A stretch of DNA of 64,000 nt from Atractiella rhizophila (lineage: Eukaryota). The DNA is taken from the NCBI GenBank assembly GCA_021432655.1, contig MU271333.1, forward strand, positions 1 through 64,000, written 5' to 3'. Shown piece by piece: positions 22,404 to 36,481 of this stretch (the stretch's first letter is position 1; every line of letters starts with the position of its first letter). The notes below the pieces were generated by a model. That model saw only the letters and a list, made by a program, of their open reading frames with translations, searched no databases and was not told the origin of the DNA. A program made the position numbers and the translations under genes.

Positions 22404-25400
22404 ATGTCCGCTTCTCCATCCCCATCTCGCTCTATTCCCCTCCTCTCCCTCGCTCCTCCTGATGAAGACCTCGCTCCTCCTCATGCCCCTGCCATGGCTA
22501 ATGACAGCTCTCTCTCCCGCCAGTCCTCCCGAACGCTCAAAGATCCCAATGGCGATTCTCCCCAGTCGAATAAAGGAAAGGAACCTGGTCTCGCGGTGCC
22601 TGATGAATCCGACGAGAGGGACGAGAGGGCTAAGAGTGCAGTAGAGGCTTTTGCGAGGGCGACGGGAAGAGAAGGGCCGAAGGAAGGTGGTGGAGGTAAG
22701 AAGAAGATTCAGTGGATCGATGAAGGTCAGAACGCTAAGGAGTCGGTGTATGCTCTTTCATTTTTCTTCCTCTTCTGCGACCACTCACCTCAAATCGCGG
22801 TCACAGAATCGCAACTCCTTTGGATACAGAACTCACGAGCAGGAGGAACCGACCCTCTCTGGCGATCGATCTGTCGGGAGATGAAGGCGAGTCTGTCTCT
22901 GGATCAGAGGCAGTGACGCCGGAATCCAGTCGCCCTTCTACCCCTGATTCTGAGCTGGACATCATGGAAGGCGAAACAGATGGCCTACCACGTCGTTCCG
23001 GAGCGCCAGCCAGAACATTCACGAAGGAGGCATCTGCGCTCGCTTCCGGAATTGGAGCCGGGAAGGGATTGGGGTTCAGTGGGATGGCTGGGAGCTCTCG
23101 GTTTAGGAGCGTGGTCATGAGTGCGAGGGCACAAGCGAGGAAGGAAAGAGAGAGAGAGTCAGCGGCGAGTTTCAGTATAAGGCCAAGGAAGCATGAAGAA
23201 CAAGGGAAGGAAGAGGAAGGCAAAGCTAACGATGGGGCGGGAGAAGAGAACAAGGCCGACGAGATGAGGATATCCGGGGGAGTCATGTCTTCCATGCTCA
23301 AGCTGTATGCCAGACATCAACGGGAACGAGCAGAAGAGTCGATGTCGAATGGAGCGGCAGAAAAAAAGCAAGAGGTGCGACAAGAGACCATTCCTCTTCC
23401 ACAAGTCCCTAATCACACGCCCCCATTCACGAAATCTGCAACCACCTCAACCTCCGACAGCTCCCCTTCACCCACCTCCCCAGCTCTTGGCGACTCGTTG
23501 AATCAACGGCAGAAGCACAAGAAGCATTCGTCCATCCACTCTGGCGCGAAGAAGCTGTGGGGGGATTTGCAGGGCCAGATCGACGAGTTTAGGGACTCGG
23601 ATAGGCCTGCTCAAGCCAGGTCCAAAGCAGGAGTGTTCGGCGCGCTCTCCGCGAGCGCAATGGGTCTCGCTGGGATGGCGAGTCCCACCGCAAACTCTAT
23701 CGCACCAGCACCAGATAAGAAGGGGTATCGAGTCTCGTGCGTCTCCATCCCCTCTCTTCTCTTGCTGTCCTGCGCAAAAGCAAAGAGGTCTGATAGTAAA
23801 TTGTGTGAATAGGAGGTACAAGGTTGTGCATCCTCCTACGAATACTTCCTCTGCCGCTTCTTCGGCCCATCACACTCCTCCAGCCTCAGCTCCCGCCGAG
23901 ACCTTCCATCCAAATCATCCCGGCGAACCAGATTATTTCTCTCCTCGTCTCCCTTCAAATTCAGATCCCAATACCCCAGGATATGTCGCCTCCCCCATCT
24001 CCGCTCCTGGCCAAGTACATGGCAATTTCGGTGCTCACACTCCTGGCGGACATAAGAAGACAGGCTCCTCGTCCTTTGCTTCCCTCTCTCAAGCTTTTAA
24101 CTACCATACGGAAAGCGATCTCAAGAGCAGGATTAGGAAGACAGGGAACTCGACGCCGACTCATAGCTATCCTGGGACCCCCGACGAGAAGGGACATTCC
24201 AGGAGCGAGAGCGGGCTCGGTTGGCTGGTCGGTGGGAACGGAGCGACGGAGGAGAAGAAGCGAAAGAAGAAGAAGAAGAAACACAATGTCTCAGAAGAAA
24301 TCTTCATCACTATGCATGTGGCGGCGATCTTGCAAAGACAGGACTTCATCCTCAAACTCGCCAGAGCCTTGATGATGTTTGGTGCCCCGACGCATAGATT
24401 GGAGAATCAGATCCAGGCGACAGCTCAGGTTTTGGATATCAAATGTCAGGTGATATAGTGGGTTGTCCTTGTCATTCTTCTAAATGGCTAGATACTGATT
24501 TTGCGTGTGGTCAGCCTGTACAACTTCATGATCATTTCTTTCCAGGACGAAGAAGCGCATGTTTCTGAGACCAGGATTATCAAACAGAATTCCGCGTGCT
24601 GATCCCCCTTCCTGTGCTTTCGAACTAAAACTGATGGAAGTGCATTGTAGTCTGGACCTTGGAAAGCTCACCCAGATTAGTTTGCTGCATTATGAAGTCT
24701 GTCACGATGAAATTGGAGTGGACGAAGCTAGTCTGGAGATTTCTAGACTGATGCAGGCTAAACCTATTGTTCGTCCTTTCTTTCAGGATCAAGTCGTCTC
24801 TCACAGGACATTAGTACGGTACCTGGACGTCCATCCTCATTGGTGGTCTCTGTTCAGTTATGATTGGTTAGTCTTTCTTCGGTCTTTATACAGCGGACTT
24901 GGCTGATAGATGAACAGCTGTTCCCAGTTTCAATGCCTCCTTCATCGACCTCCTTGTCTCTTTCCCCCTCGGTTGCCTGCTCGTCGCTTCCCAATCCCTT
25001 ATCGCTGCCAAGTCCCAAGTGCTGTCCTCAATCTTCGAAATCGTCATTGCCGCTGTCATTTCCTTCACTGCCGCCGGTCTCGCTTCTACTGAATATTTCT
25101 GCTATGCTGCGTAAGTGCCTTCCAACTACCTTTCTTCTCTTTCCGCTTATTGACACCGAGCACAGCGTGACGAGCGCTTCTATTGTCTTGATCCTCCCTG
25201 GTTGGCCAGTGTGCTCAGCAGCCTTGGAACTCCAAAGCCGATCGATTGTGTCCGGTTCCGTGAGACTCGTTTGGGCCATCATTTATTCGCTTTTTCTCGG
25301 ATTCGGTATCAGTTTGGGAGCCCAATTCTGGGAACTCTTCAGCAACCAAAAGGTTCTATATGGGTGCGTTTCCTCCCAGGTGTGCCTGCAAATGGAAGAC

Positions 25401-26179
25401 TTATCATATTACGTGTGACTAGGAGCGACAATACGTGCGCTGTCCCCCATATGACTGGAAATCCGGATGCTCCTTGGTGGAGGCAGACGGGTGACTGATG
25501 TTATTCCTCGGTTCAGGATTTTAATTGACTGCGGTGCTTAGTTACGCTCTGGACTGCCTTTTTATTCGTGCCCGGATTCCCATTCTTCCTTGCTTTGAGG
25601 AATCAAAGTCCAATCTTTCGACGGGAGATGGCTGTCTCGGTCGCTATTGCTGGAGTTGGGTACGTTTCCAATGTTGCCCCCGCTGAAGGATAATTCAGCG
25701 CGAAATAGATGGACAACGAATCACTTTGCTGCAAAAGGCTTCCCAGGCCGATCAGACATCACCTCAGCTTGTGGTGCCTTCGCAGTGTATGTCTGCTCCA
25801 TTTCACTCCAAACTCTGAGTTTCATTTCTGATGAATACCAGCGGTCTGCTTGGTAATCTTTGGGGCAAGCTGCAACAGGGGACTTCCTTCATTGTCACCG
25901 TGGTCCCTGTGTTGTTCCAACTCCCCTCTGGACTCTCTAATGGTGGAGTACGTCTTGCCATCTCATTTCTCTGTCTGCTCTTGAGAAATCTCATGTATGG
26001 TTGAACAGTTGCTTAACTTTGCTGTCACCACGGATAACTCCACCGCTTCCTTCGATTCTGGCTTTGTGGTCGCCGAACAATTAATCACTGTCTCGATAGG
26101 TCTGACAGTCGGTCTGTTTATATCGACAGTCCTCGTTTATCCTCTAGGGAAAAAGAGGGGAGGTCTTTTCTCTTTCTAA
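22404..26179 (+). CDS. PRM10-like ThrE/DUF1212 family multi-pass membrane protein, multi-exon
   Basis: Long disordered N-terminus, then LARALMMFGAPTHRLE, VLILPG...ALELQSRSIVSGSVRLVWAIIYSLFLGFGI and C-terminal SIGLTVGLF...YPLGKKRGGLFSF. Confidence 0.88.
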
Positions 26180-27860
26180 TTCTCGTTTCATTCCACTGCA
26201 TTCAATGTCGCCGACGACACCCAGCATTTAGTTCTGTACATATCTTCCTATTTATGTCAATATTTGTCATAGATTTTTCAGCTTCAGATCACTCTTCTTC
26301 TCCTTCGGGGGAATCAACTTTACTACATAACATCGATCTGTTTCATCCCAATGTCCAGCTGTCATCCGATTCTCCCTATGAAGAAAGTCCAATCGCTTTA
26401 TCCTTCATATTTTTCTCCAACACACTTCATTTTGCTCTTTTGGCTTCAACAGCTTTTGATAAAAGATGGTAGAAGCTTGACGCTCATCGCCAAATTAACG
26501 TCTTTCAAGTCGAGGTTCTAAGATCTGCACGTTGACAAACTAGAAAAAGTATTGACAAAATGCGTCTGCCTGCACACACACCTTACGAAAGACAGCTCTG
26601 GTACGAGTGTATCAAGCAAACTTGCCGAGTCAAGGACCATTGATTGTCCACTACTGAACGTTCTGAACTGAGGAATCGCGAGCGTTACCCTCAGCCACAT
26701 TGCATGGTAGAGGTCAGGGGGGGTTTAAGAATGGATTGGCAGGAGATGAGTACGACTACGACTACAAATTATCTGTGTAAGAAATCAGACCAAACAAGAA
26801 GTGTCTGATAGGCTACGGAGGAGAAAGCACTATTTCTATGACCAATGATAGCATCTAAGAGAGAGGAGTTGGGAATAGAGGGAAGAGGCACTTTGGAAAA
26901 GAAAGAGAGATCCGTGAAGGGAGAATTAGCAGAAGAAAAGAAACCTAAGGATGAAATCAAACAGCTAACATGACAGGTCGCGAGATCGCGCGAGGCGGCG
27001 ACGGTGCCTGCGCCTTGGAGGCACACGCAGGAGAACGACTTAAAAAGTTAAAGTGTTAGAATGGAGAGTGCCAGTGTCCTAACACCTAGTGACCTAGTGG
27101 GAGGAGGGGTTTTTCCGAGTATTGGGTAACCCTAATCGACTAATCTCCCAATGGGAGCAGCACTACCATCTGACCTGCCAACCGAGTAGCTGACAAGCAA
27201 AGTATCCGTCACGTCATCTCATCAGAAAGAAGTAGAACGCACAATAATGCTCCCAGCTCAACCAGGACAAGGCTAGCTGGAAGCAGCGGATCGTTTTCGT
27301 ATTTATCGGCTAACGCTTGTGTTCATGTAACCAAGGTGGTGACTTGACAACATCTTCCGCTTCCCAAGGTCTCTGGCAACTGCGCCGCAAAGTGTCTTTC
27401 TTTCTGTCCTTCAGAGCTGGAATGCGGCGATGGAGAACGCTCCGTGGCCGTTATGTTCGAAGAGAAGACGATTGTTGTGGAGACTAGTGCAAGATGCTTG
27501 ATCACGATTCCTGCTTGTAAGGGCAAAGAGCAAAAATCTCTCCGCCCTCCAGAAAGTATAAAACCCCACCTGTCTCTTCAAGACTCTCAAGGTCTGAGAC
27601 TCAAGCTTTTCAACGTCTTAGTCGTTCAGAGTCGATCAGAGTTCGCTCGAGTGCTAGTCACTTTCCCTTTCTACTTTGCAGAGCAGTATTCGTTGTCCAT
27701 TCAGTCCGGTCTTTGAAAGGTGAGCGCTTCTGCGGCTTATTCATGAGATTGAGCCCTGAAATTTCATTGGTCGTGATGTGGGTGACAGACGAAAGCATTC
27801 AACTTTCGCAGGCATCAGCTCATCTCGTCGTTCAGTCATTCACCAAATCAAAACAAGAAA

Positions 27861-29020
27861 ATGAAGGCTTTCACCCTCGCCTTTTACGCTCTTCTTCCCA
27901 TCGTCTATTCCCATAGCGTCATAACCTCCGTCAACGGGTTTGTCTTTCTCGATCCTATGTGCTATATTTTGACCACAATTGAGTAGGGCAAATGGTATCG
28001 ATTCTGATGGTTTTGGTGTTGACCCTACCACCCCTCGTGATGGATCAGCGAACAAGCCTTTCCAGCAAGACACTTCCATCATTCGTGATCGGGAAATCGC
28101 ATCAGGTCGTGCTGGGTGCGTTTCTGGCTTTTTTTTTTTGAGAATTCATATTGAACAGGACATTTTCCAGACCGTGCGGAAGGACACAACAGGCGGGAAA
28201 TGTCGATGTTCAGGCAGAAATGACCGCTGCTGTCGCTAATGGGCTTGCCACAGCTGCTTCTGATGGAGTGCGTCCTCACGCTCCTCTTCTCTGTTCCATC
28301 CATGCGAGAGGCTTATCGTTTGGCCACAACAGTCTGTCACTATGACCGTCCATCAAGTCAACCAAGATGGCGCCGGTCCCTTCACCTGCGATGTCGATGG
28401 TACGTCTTTACTTTCCACAGCCTACGCATCCTATCTAACATTTATTTCCTTGTTCAGCCACGGGAACAGGCCAGAGCTTTCAAGCCATGCAAGTTACGCA
28501 GGATGTCCCTGGAGTCGTGCGTTGTCCTACCCATCTTAGCGCGTAGTCTCGGCTCACCTCTGCTGTTGTTCCCTGTTTAAAGGATGTCCCTTTTGTGGGC
28601 AGTCTATCACGGGCAAAAGCAACCGACTTTCAACTTGTCGCAAAAATGCCAGCTGGTATGACTTGCTCGGGACCTGGCGGAGCCTGCCTCGTTCGTTGCA
28701 GGTGCGCTGCTTCTTATTAGAAAACGCGGATAGTGAACACTAATCATATTTTCGAACTTCTAGAAATAACGCCATCGCCGGTCCTTTCGGTTCTTGCGTT
28801 GCTGGTGCGTACACCATATATCAAGGTTGATCTCGAACTGGAACTAACGTTGGGCGTAGTGACAAATGCTGGTGCTGCTGGCGCTACCAATGCTGGTGCC
28901 ACTGGGAATGTGGGGAACTCTACCGCCACGACAGCGGCGGATCAGAAGAAGAGGAACCTGAAGAACCCTATATTAACAAAGGGGAGCAAGAAACACCGAC
29001 GTTTCGCTCGTAGCATCTAG
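27861..29020 (+). CDS. Egh16/GAS1-like (DUF3129) secreted protein, multi-exon
   Basis: Signal peptide MKAFTLAFYALLPIVYS followed by His; PFQQDTSIIRDREI, PCGRT, HQVNQDGAGPFTC, CLVRC and GPFGSC motifs. Confidence 0.85.
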
Positions 29021-29320
29021 ATGCATATCCACGGACATTCTTTTCTATACAGTTCCTATGTTGACACAAAATTTTGTTGGATGTGCTGTTCCTCGTTGGT
29101 GCTTATATGGACACGAGTTTGCTTAGTAGATATGGGATTGCAATGGACGGAACGTTCGGCTTTACATCCTCCTTCTAAGGGGTATTAAAATCATACGGCA
29201 CCAAGTTTGGGAGGAACATGAACATATCAACACGCCTGAGCTTGACATTGTCTGGAGCTAGAAAGTCTACTCAAAGCAAGAGTACTATATCCATTGGGGC
29301 CAGTCGTCAACGGAGGTCTC

Positions 29321-30548
29321 TCAGATTCGGCTGACGGTAATTACATTGTGGCTTGATTCTTGAGACGTGCGAGGTAGAAGATAGACATCGTGAATCCTCA
29401 CAGATACCTCTTGAACCATTCAATTGTCTGAGTCAAGGCTTTTTCGAAGGCTTCCTTCTGCTCCGGATCCTTCAAGTCTGGCCGCGCCGCAAAACCTTTC
29501 AACCTTTGGGTCAGAAAAATGAATGTAGCCATCCTAAAGGGAACGCACCATGATTGCAACCGATGTAAACCTTCATCTCAGTTTGCACGTCCAACTCTTT
29601 CAACACTTCTTCAATCTCTTGTCGTTGTTTCTCTGGAAAAGCAAAATCCTCTTCTGCACACGCAAAGCTGAGAGGTATCTTTGCCTGCTTTATCACCTCT
29701 ACCGTGACCGTCCTACTGGGATGGCAAAGAACGGCCGCGTTGATGAGCTCTGGCTGAGACGCGAAGGCACCACAAAAGTGAGCACCAAGACAATATCCGA
29801 CCATTCCCACCGTCGTTACACCCCGCTTCTCCTTGATTTCTTTGATCGACTACATTCGAACGACGTCAGTATCATCAATAAAATGTTATTAGGAGGAACA
29901 GGCGAACGGATAAGTATCTATCTGTCATTGCTTCACGATCCATACGTTTCATGACACCAAGAGCACCAGCAGAGATCATATGAGCGTATGTTGAAATGGT
30001 TCCCACCACGTTCGATATCAAGCCATGCTTCTTGAAAGGCTTGCCCGCTGGCGCCATGGATTTGACATAATCCCCCATTAAAGCGTCAGGAACAAAAACT
30101 TGCATTCCCGTTTCCCTCGAAATAATATCTGCTATGATTTTCGGCGCTGGAATACCAATTATTGTTTCCTGCACGGAAGCACGAATAATGACGAGGACTA
30201 ACAGACAACGTGGAATCCAAATACGTCGTAGCCTCTAAGTTATTTATCACATATCGACCATCGTCAGTCACATTACAACATGAAAACGTTGTAAACCGAA
30301 CGTACAGCACTATCGCTTTCGTCGTTTTTGGTCCTGGGGGCGAGACATAACAATCAATGCTAGCGATTACTTCCATATTGCCTGGAATAGGGTAAGTTTA
30401 CGCCTTGTGAATTATAAACCAGTCGCAGTGAATGAGTACCCTCCGGCTCGCCAGAGACCACTCCGCCCTTAAAGCCTGTAATATCGTTGTTACCGATCAA
30501 TCCTCCAAAATGTAGAGGACGCTCACAGTCAGCGCAGAATTGAGACAT
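29321..30548 (-). CDS. Dienelactone hydrolase family protein, multi-exon
   Basis: MSQFCADC...GEPEG start, VFVPD, VGYCLGA nucleophile motif, CAEED, NHGF across an intron; terminal exon ends TGA at 29321. Confidence 0.85.
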
Positions 30549-33500
30549 TTCGCCGAGTCGTAGATATCAACTTGCAGAGCTAAAGCAACTGGGAAGAGCA
30601 GATATACACGGTACTCTATCGATGGGATAGCATGAAATGACTGCTCTTTTGAATGAGCATCGAGTGCTGGCTTCTACTCCAGGCCGCTACTAATTCTGGA
30701 ATACGGGCACGAACAAACCTGAGCGAAGCAGCGAGGCCGTAGTCGGCCAACTGCAGAGGTGCCAATACAGGGTGGCTGTCCTTCGAAGAGATAGTAGCAA
30801 AAGGTAGATGGCACTTAATGAAATAAATACGGTATAGATCAGATCAACTTGCTATCATGGTTGAGGGTAGTCAACTGGTCTCCTCTGTATCCCTTTTGCA
30901 GGCAATGACCATGACTGTGACGAAGTTTTCAATGTTTTGCAGGAGGTAGAGCAACTGAAGACAGTGCTGATGAGGCCGATGAGGTGAGCTTATGGTTTAA
31001 ATCTGAAAGCCTGAGGGAACTATCGTTCCCATTTTCGTCGCGAATTTTGAATCATGGAACACAATAAACTCATCATGGTCACGTAAAAGATTGACCAGTG
31101 TAATGAACCTGAGCTGAATTGACAAATAAAACCGAAGCCCAGGCTGTACTAGATACAACACGTGAACGATAGGCAAATGCAAAGGTAGCTTTAGAGCTAT
31201 TGAATTCCAGTTGTGGGCACTTGTGTTCGAGTCTCCAAGCTGGGTACAAGTCAAGTTCTCCAAGTCATTAAGAAAGCTGCTCATCCTCAGTGAGCTTTAT
31301 ATTATTATGCAAACCCAATATCCTTTACACAAGGCGCTCTCCATAACAACAATTGTCCTGATTCTGACTGGCGCACGACAAACACTAGTATATTTAACTT
31401 CCTCTCTCTTTCATGGTTATGAACGCCGAATAGTACCAAAGATCATTGAATAACAGAGAACGTATTCGTCACATTGGTTTGAACGCCAGAGTGGTTTTCC
31501 ATGTCTCTCTCCACCTCTACAAGCTCACACATAGTCATCACAGCTCTGAGTCATGTAGGATATTACCACACTTCAGCCATTCATCTTTACCTGGCCTGAA
31601 AAAGCTGCACATGTGGGGTTTCAGCAGGATCAAACCTAGAAGTCAAGTTTCAGTCCATGTTAGCGCTGTGTCGTGCTCCCTTCCAGTTCCAACAGTGATA
31701 GAGAGCCCCTTACATTCAGGACTTTAACCGAAAGGATTTCGGAGGAAGGGAGAAGGAGTAGGCAGGTGCATGCCCAGATATGCTAGAACATGATAATAAT
31801 ACGGCTGTTAGAGGATCAAAATTCGTGATTTATCAGTGAGCCTATTTTCCGGTGCCTGAGTGCCGTTAGGCCTCATTTTGCTACGTCTTGGACCGGAGGA
31901 TTTAAGAAAATAGAAATAGCCCATAGTTAAGTCTAGAAGTATGGAGCTGACAGAATGCTAAAGATTTCACCAGCTTTCACTTTATTTGAGATGGACATGA
32001 TCGATCCCAATTGTGCTTTATATGATTAGAGGACTTATCGAAGCGAATACGTCTGGAAGGATTTGTGGATGTGTGTGGGACGATAATTTGTTTGTGGTTG
32101 ATTCTACTAGTGGTCTGTATCAATTGATCGATATTTCTGAGCACCTTGTCTATTCTGTCGCATACGCATACCACATGAAGGTTGCTGCAGAAGGCAAAAG
32201 AAGGGCATTCTTTGAGTCAGGTGTGGCAGAGAATCGTGGTTGAAATCCAGTTATTACACTGTTGATCCTAGTGATGCTTCTCTTTGTGTTGTGCAGAAGA
32301 AGAGATCTCAGAATCCGACGAATGAACACACACCTCAAAAAAAAAATATGCAAGAATCGAAGTGGAATAGGGCACGCACAAACCTCTCTCAACCTGAAAC
32401 TGCTGCGTTCCCTGGTCAGGCGCTCAAGTCAGACTCAGTGGTGATTCCAGCCTTCGAAAGATAATGAAGGCCTTTTTTTCTGTTCGCTGCCCCTCACAAC
32501 CATAATTATATCATTTGGGCTCTGCATTCAGCGCCTCTCAATCCGCAAAGCTGTCTGCTTCGTACCGATGCATGGGGGAGTGTGGAACCACGCGAGTGTC
32601 GCGCTTCTGCAAAGCACGACAGGATGACGATCGCTGAGCATCCACCACAGCTTGCACTACTGGTTCTTGAACCGATTTGTAAACGCGCCCTAAAACAAGC
32701 TCAAAAGTTGAGATCCAGAAGCCGCGGCGAACCTTCCGCATAGCCGGGTTGTACACCCTCTTCCGTCTCCCTCTGCTCCACTGCTGTTGTGAGAACTTCA
32801 ATTTGATTAGTTCTGCATGCAAACAGAACCCTTCTCCCTCCTGATACTTCTTACCACCGCAGGCCGGGGTCTCGTGATAAACGCTTATGTGCGCAAGAGT
32901 GGATCCTGTCCACGTAGAAATGGAGGATGGCGCGGTTTGGTTCCAGTTACTCACATTGTTCGAAAGATTGGTTGCTTTCTAGCCTTTGTGATGCAAGCAG
33001 AGAAGAAAGTCTCCGTGGTTCTATCTCTCTCACAGAACAAATGCTCGCTCAATACAGACTCAGAGTCTGAGCTGAGAGACAACCTTGACAAAACGCCGGA
33101 AGGTCAGTGGTGATTTGTGATTGTCTATCCTGAGTGCACAAGACTACTGTCGTTTGGGTGGATGACGGTTACATTTCAGTTCTACCCACTGACAAAATCA
33201 ACAACAAGTGCTTTCAAACGGTGATTATGAAAAGAGAATCGAGATATACGAGGTAGGAATGTAAGCTGTTAAAAATCGACAGAAGAAAGAACGATGCAAA
33301 ACATATTAAACAGAAGAGTATTCGGCATGCTTTCTTCTTCTTTGATTTTAGCAAGCGACATTCGAAAGAAAGAAAGGAAATACAGGTCAAGCAGTACTTC
33401 TCTATCTACACGGAACCTGAGTCCAGAAAATTCAATTGGATGCCAAAGCCCAGACAGATTATCCAACGAATCCGAGTACTACTTTTATCAACTTGGAGGA

Positions 33501-33860
33501 TTCATCGGCAAAGAGATTGTTGTTGGTGAAGTGGAAATGAGAGAAGCAAGTGTAGAAGGAGAGGAATAAGATTGTGAAGCATGATGCGTTTGTGATGGGA
33601 ATAAAGACTTCGAAGATTTGCTCTTGAGATGTTTGCGAATACGAGATCAAAAGAGGAAAGCGGACGGAAAGGAAGTCCGTTTGAGACACGACGGGATTGA
33701 ACGACTGAACTGAACTTAAAGATGAAAAGAAAGAGGAAATCTATGCTACAGGACGGAAAGTAGGAGAGAAGTCAATTCTGTACAACGGTCGAACTTCACA
33801 TTTGTGCTAATCCAGCGATATGAGCTATGAACTCGATGTGGGGAAGCAGGAAACGAACTC

Positions 33861-35170
33861 TTAATATGGGAAGTTGAGAGGTTGATTACGATGATCTGGT
33901 ACCATAAAAGGCGTCGAATGGGGGTAGGAAGGGTTGGGATAGACAACTTCGTCCGAATCCGCGCTTGCTCGGAAAGAAGGGTAAAAACTCCTCGGTGGCT
34001 GGACTTCGTTCACCTCCACTTTAGGTCTGAGTGACGAGGTCATTGTCTTCTCAGTAGAGTCCCTCGAATCCTTCGAGTTCGGGAGAGGTGATGGTGTATC
34101 CGAATGACTATCTGATGAACCGCCTTCACCTTCTCGTTCAGTGGTTCCCTTCTCCTGTTGCGCCTTCAGTCGAGCCTGCTCAGCAGCGATGTTTTTCTTC
34201 CCTCGACCACGCATACGAGGAACCAAGTCGTAAGTGCACGCTTGATCTCGCTTTATGCATTGAATGCACGTAGGACGTCCACCGTCACATTTCATCTTCC
34301 GTTTACTGTTTAGAATCCCAGAACATCAGGCTTTTTCCTTGATTGAGTGGAACTGTAGACGAACCGACAGAAATGGCAAGCAATCGCCAACTTTTTCGGT
34401 TTCGAGCTCCCTGCTCCGTTCTGTCCATTTCCAGACTTGACTCCAACTTCTCCTACCATGTATCCTGCTGGCAGTGTCGGATTAGCGATAACGTAGGGAT
34501 GGGCGGGAATCCCAAAGGAGGAGCGCTCGAGATGGTGCACGAAATGAGCTTCGGGATGAACAGGATGGTGCTGATGAAAAGGAGACCCGATTCCAAGGCC
34601 GACGGGTGGATGAGATTGCATGATTGGAATGGCTGCTAGAGAAGCTGCTGCACGGCTGTCGTTCGAGTCCCATGAAGATTGATGGTGGTGGTGGTGATGA
34701 TGAGCGGTGGCGTGGATGTGATTATTCGATATTTGCTGCATCTCAGGAGAAAAAGAATGTTGACTCGAATATCGATCAAAAGATTGACGCTGAGGGAACT
34801 GGTGGCGAGGATGGTCCTCCGATGGACCTGTCTGGTAGAGACCCACTGCCGAAGCGAGGGACTGCGGCTTCCTGAAACCGTTCGAAAAACTCGATTCCAC
34901 TACCTGGACTGGGAACTGTGACTCTGTCGACGGAAGAAGGGGGGATTGGAACTGTTGCTGTTGACCAGCGGAGAACTGATGATGGACTGGTTGGTGTGTA
35001 AAAGGGATTCCCTCCGCTGAAACCGTTCGCGACCTATCGAGCTCGTTATTGCTCCGCTGGAACTGATGGAGCTCGTTGTGGTGGTTGTGAGCGGTCGAGT
35101 TGATGAGATAGTTGGGATCCATCCAGTTCAGAACAGTCAAGTCAATTTGAGGCAAAACGGCAGTTGACAT
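33861..35170 (-). CDS. Zn(II)2Cys6 transcription factor
   Basis: ACHFCR|KRKMKCDGGRPTCIQCIKRDQACTY binuclear cluster split by an intron near 34310-34360; His/Gln-rich N-terminus. Start uncertain. Confidence 0.85.
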
Positions 35171-36481
35171 GAGATTGTCCAAATAACGGGTGTCCTAGGA
35201 TCGTGAAATCGAGCCGAGAAAAGGGGATTCGACTTTAAGAAAGGACAAAGCAGAGGTCTCTTTTTGTCGACAGGGGGACTGTGTGCCAATTAAAGGGAAT
35301 GCTCGGTGTTTTGTCCCAACCCAAGGACGTGGAAAGGAAATTGACGATCGCGAGGGAAAATTAAAGCAGCCTAACTCTTTATAGAACCATCCGACTGGCT
35401 CGGAAAAAAATTCAAGACCTCACCATGTCTCGGCCAGTCCGACAGTCACATTTGTCTGGACAAAACAAGACGCTTTTTCATAGAATCTTGCTCACGGATT
35501 CAAACACTCTGAGCTGAGCAAGAATCCCAGCTGGATGGAACCTGCAGCTAGAACAGAAATGCGGCAGTTTCTGACGTCACAATCTGACTCAAACGGGCGC
35601 CAGAGGGCGTACAGCGAAGCTTATGAGCCGAAACACGTGGAGAAACTCGGCCCGGAAGAGCTTCGGCAAAGAAGTTCGCATTCTCCATGATCGCTTCCAC
35701 TTCTCAAATGCCACTCTTTCCAGCTCAAAGCCTGCTAAAGATGTCCAGAAAGCGTCGCAGTATTTGCAAAATAACAAGTGGAGGTGGGCACGTTGCCGAA
35801 ACACTGAGAAATGCCAAAGAAACACTACTTTTTGCACCAACTTAGCGGCAATCACAAGACGCACACAAGCCCATTCAATCGTATCTTGAATCTGGTCACG
35901 TAGTTACAAACACCCCAAACCTTCCCATACTTCGGATCAGCGAGAGTTGACTCCAACACTCGAACAGAAATGTACTGTGATCGCTTCTAGGACGGCTTCT
36001 AGGGTCATAGAAGGTGGAGGGGGTGGTGGCGGTTGCATTGATGGCTCTGAGAATGTGAAAACTCAACTCGTTAGAGCACACCATGACTTTTGGAACTCAG
36101 ATGTTCTGCGGCGCGGACAGACTTTCCACAGACTCAACTTTCGTCGAAGAAGACAAGACCTTGCTAACGTCAACGCCGCATCGCTCTCGCTCACTATCAA
36201 GAGACTTTGACCTGAACGTATGAACATATGAACAAAGGACGAGCGAAATCAGCAGGTTGAATTCTGTGGGGCGTCTCTCAACCATCGAACGTCCGGAGCT
36301 CGATGGAAGAGCGCCACGAGCTGAAAATCTCCTTCAACACATCTTGTCAGATTTCTGTTGAAACCAGGTTGAAATAAGGTGATTGAACAGATCGACTGGA
36401 CCATGACAGAGGGATCGGTTGTGCGAGGTCCAATCGATCGGAGGACGCGAAGGCAGAGCAGGTAGGATCACAACAAACAGA

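Noticed and set aside
26800..27230. Hammerhead ribozyme or Helitron 3' end (CTGATAG...GAAA; hairpin followed by CTAG)
   Set aside because: The hammerhead core is incomplete on both strands, the hairpin is loose and not GC-rich, and no matching Helitron 5' end was found.
30600..33700. Short ORFs and exon-like GT/AG-bounded segments (for example 30943-30983 and 32013-32464)
   Set aside because: No coherent gene model or recognisable domain could be built; left unannotated.
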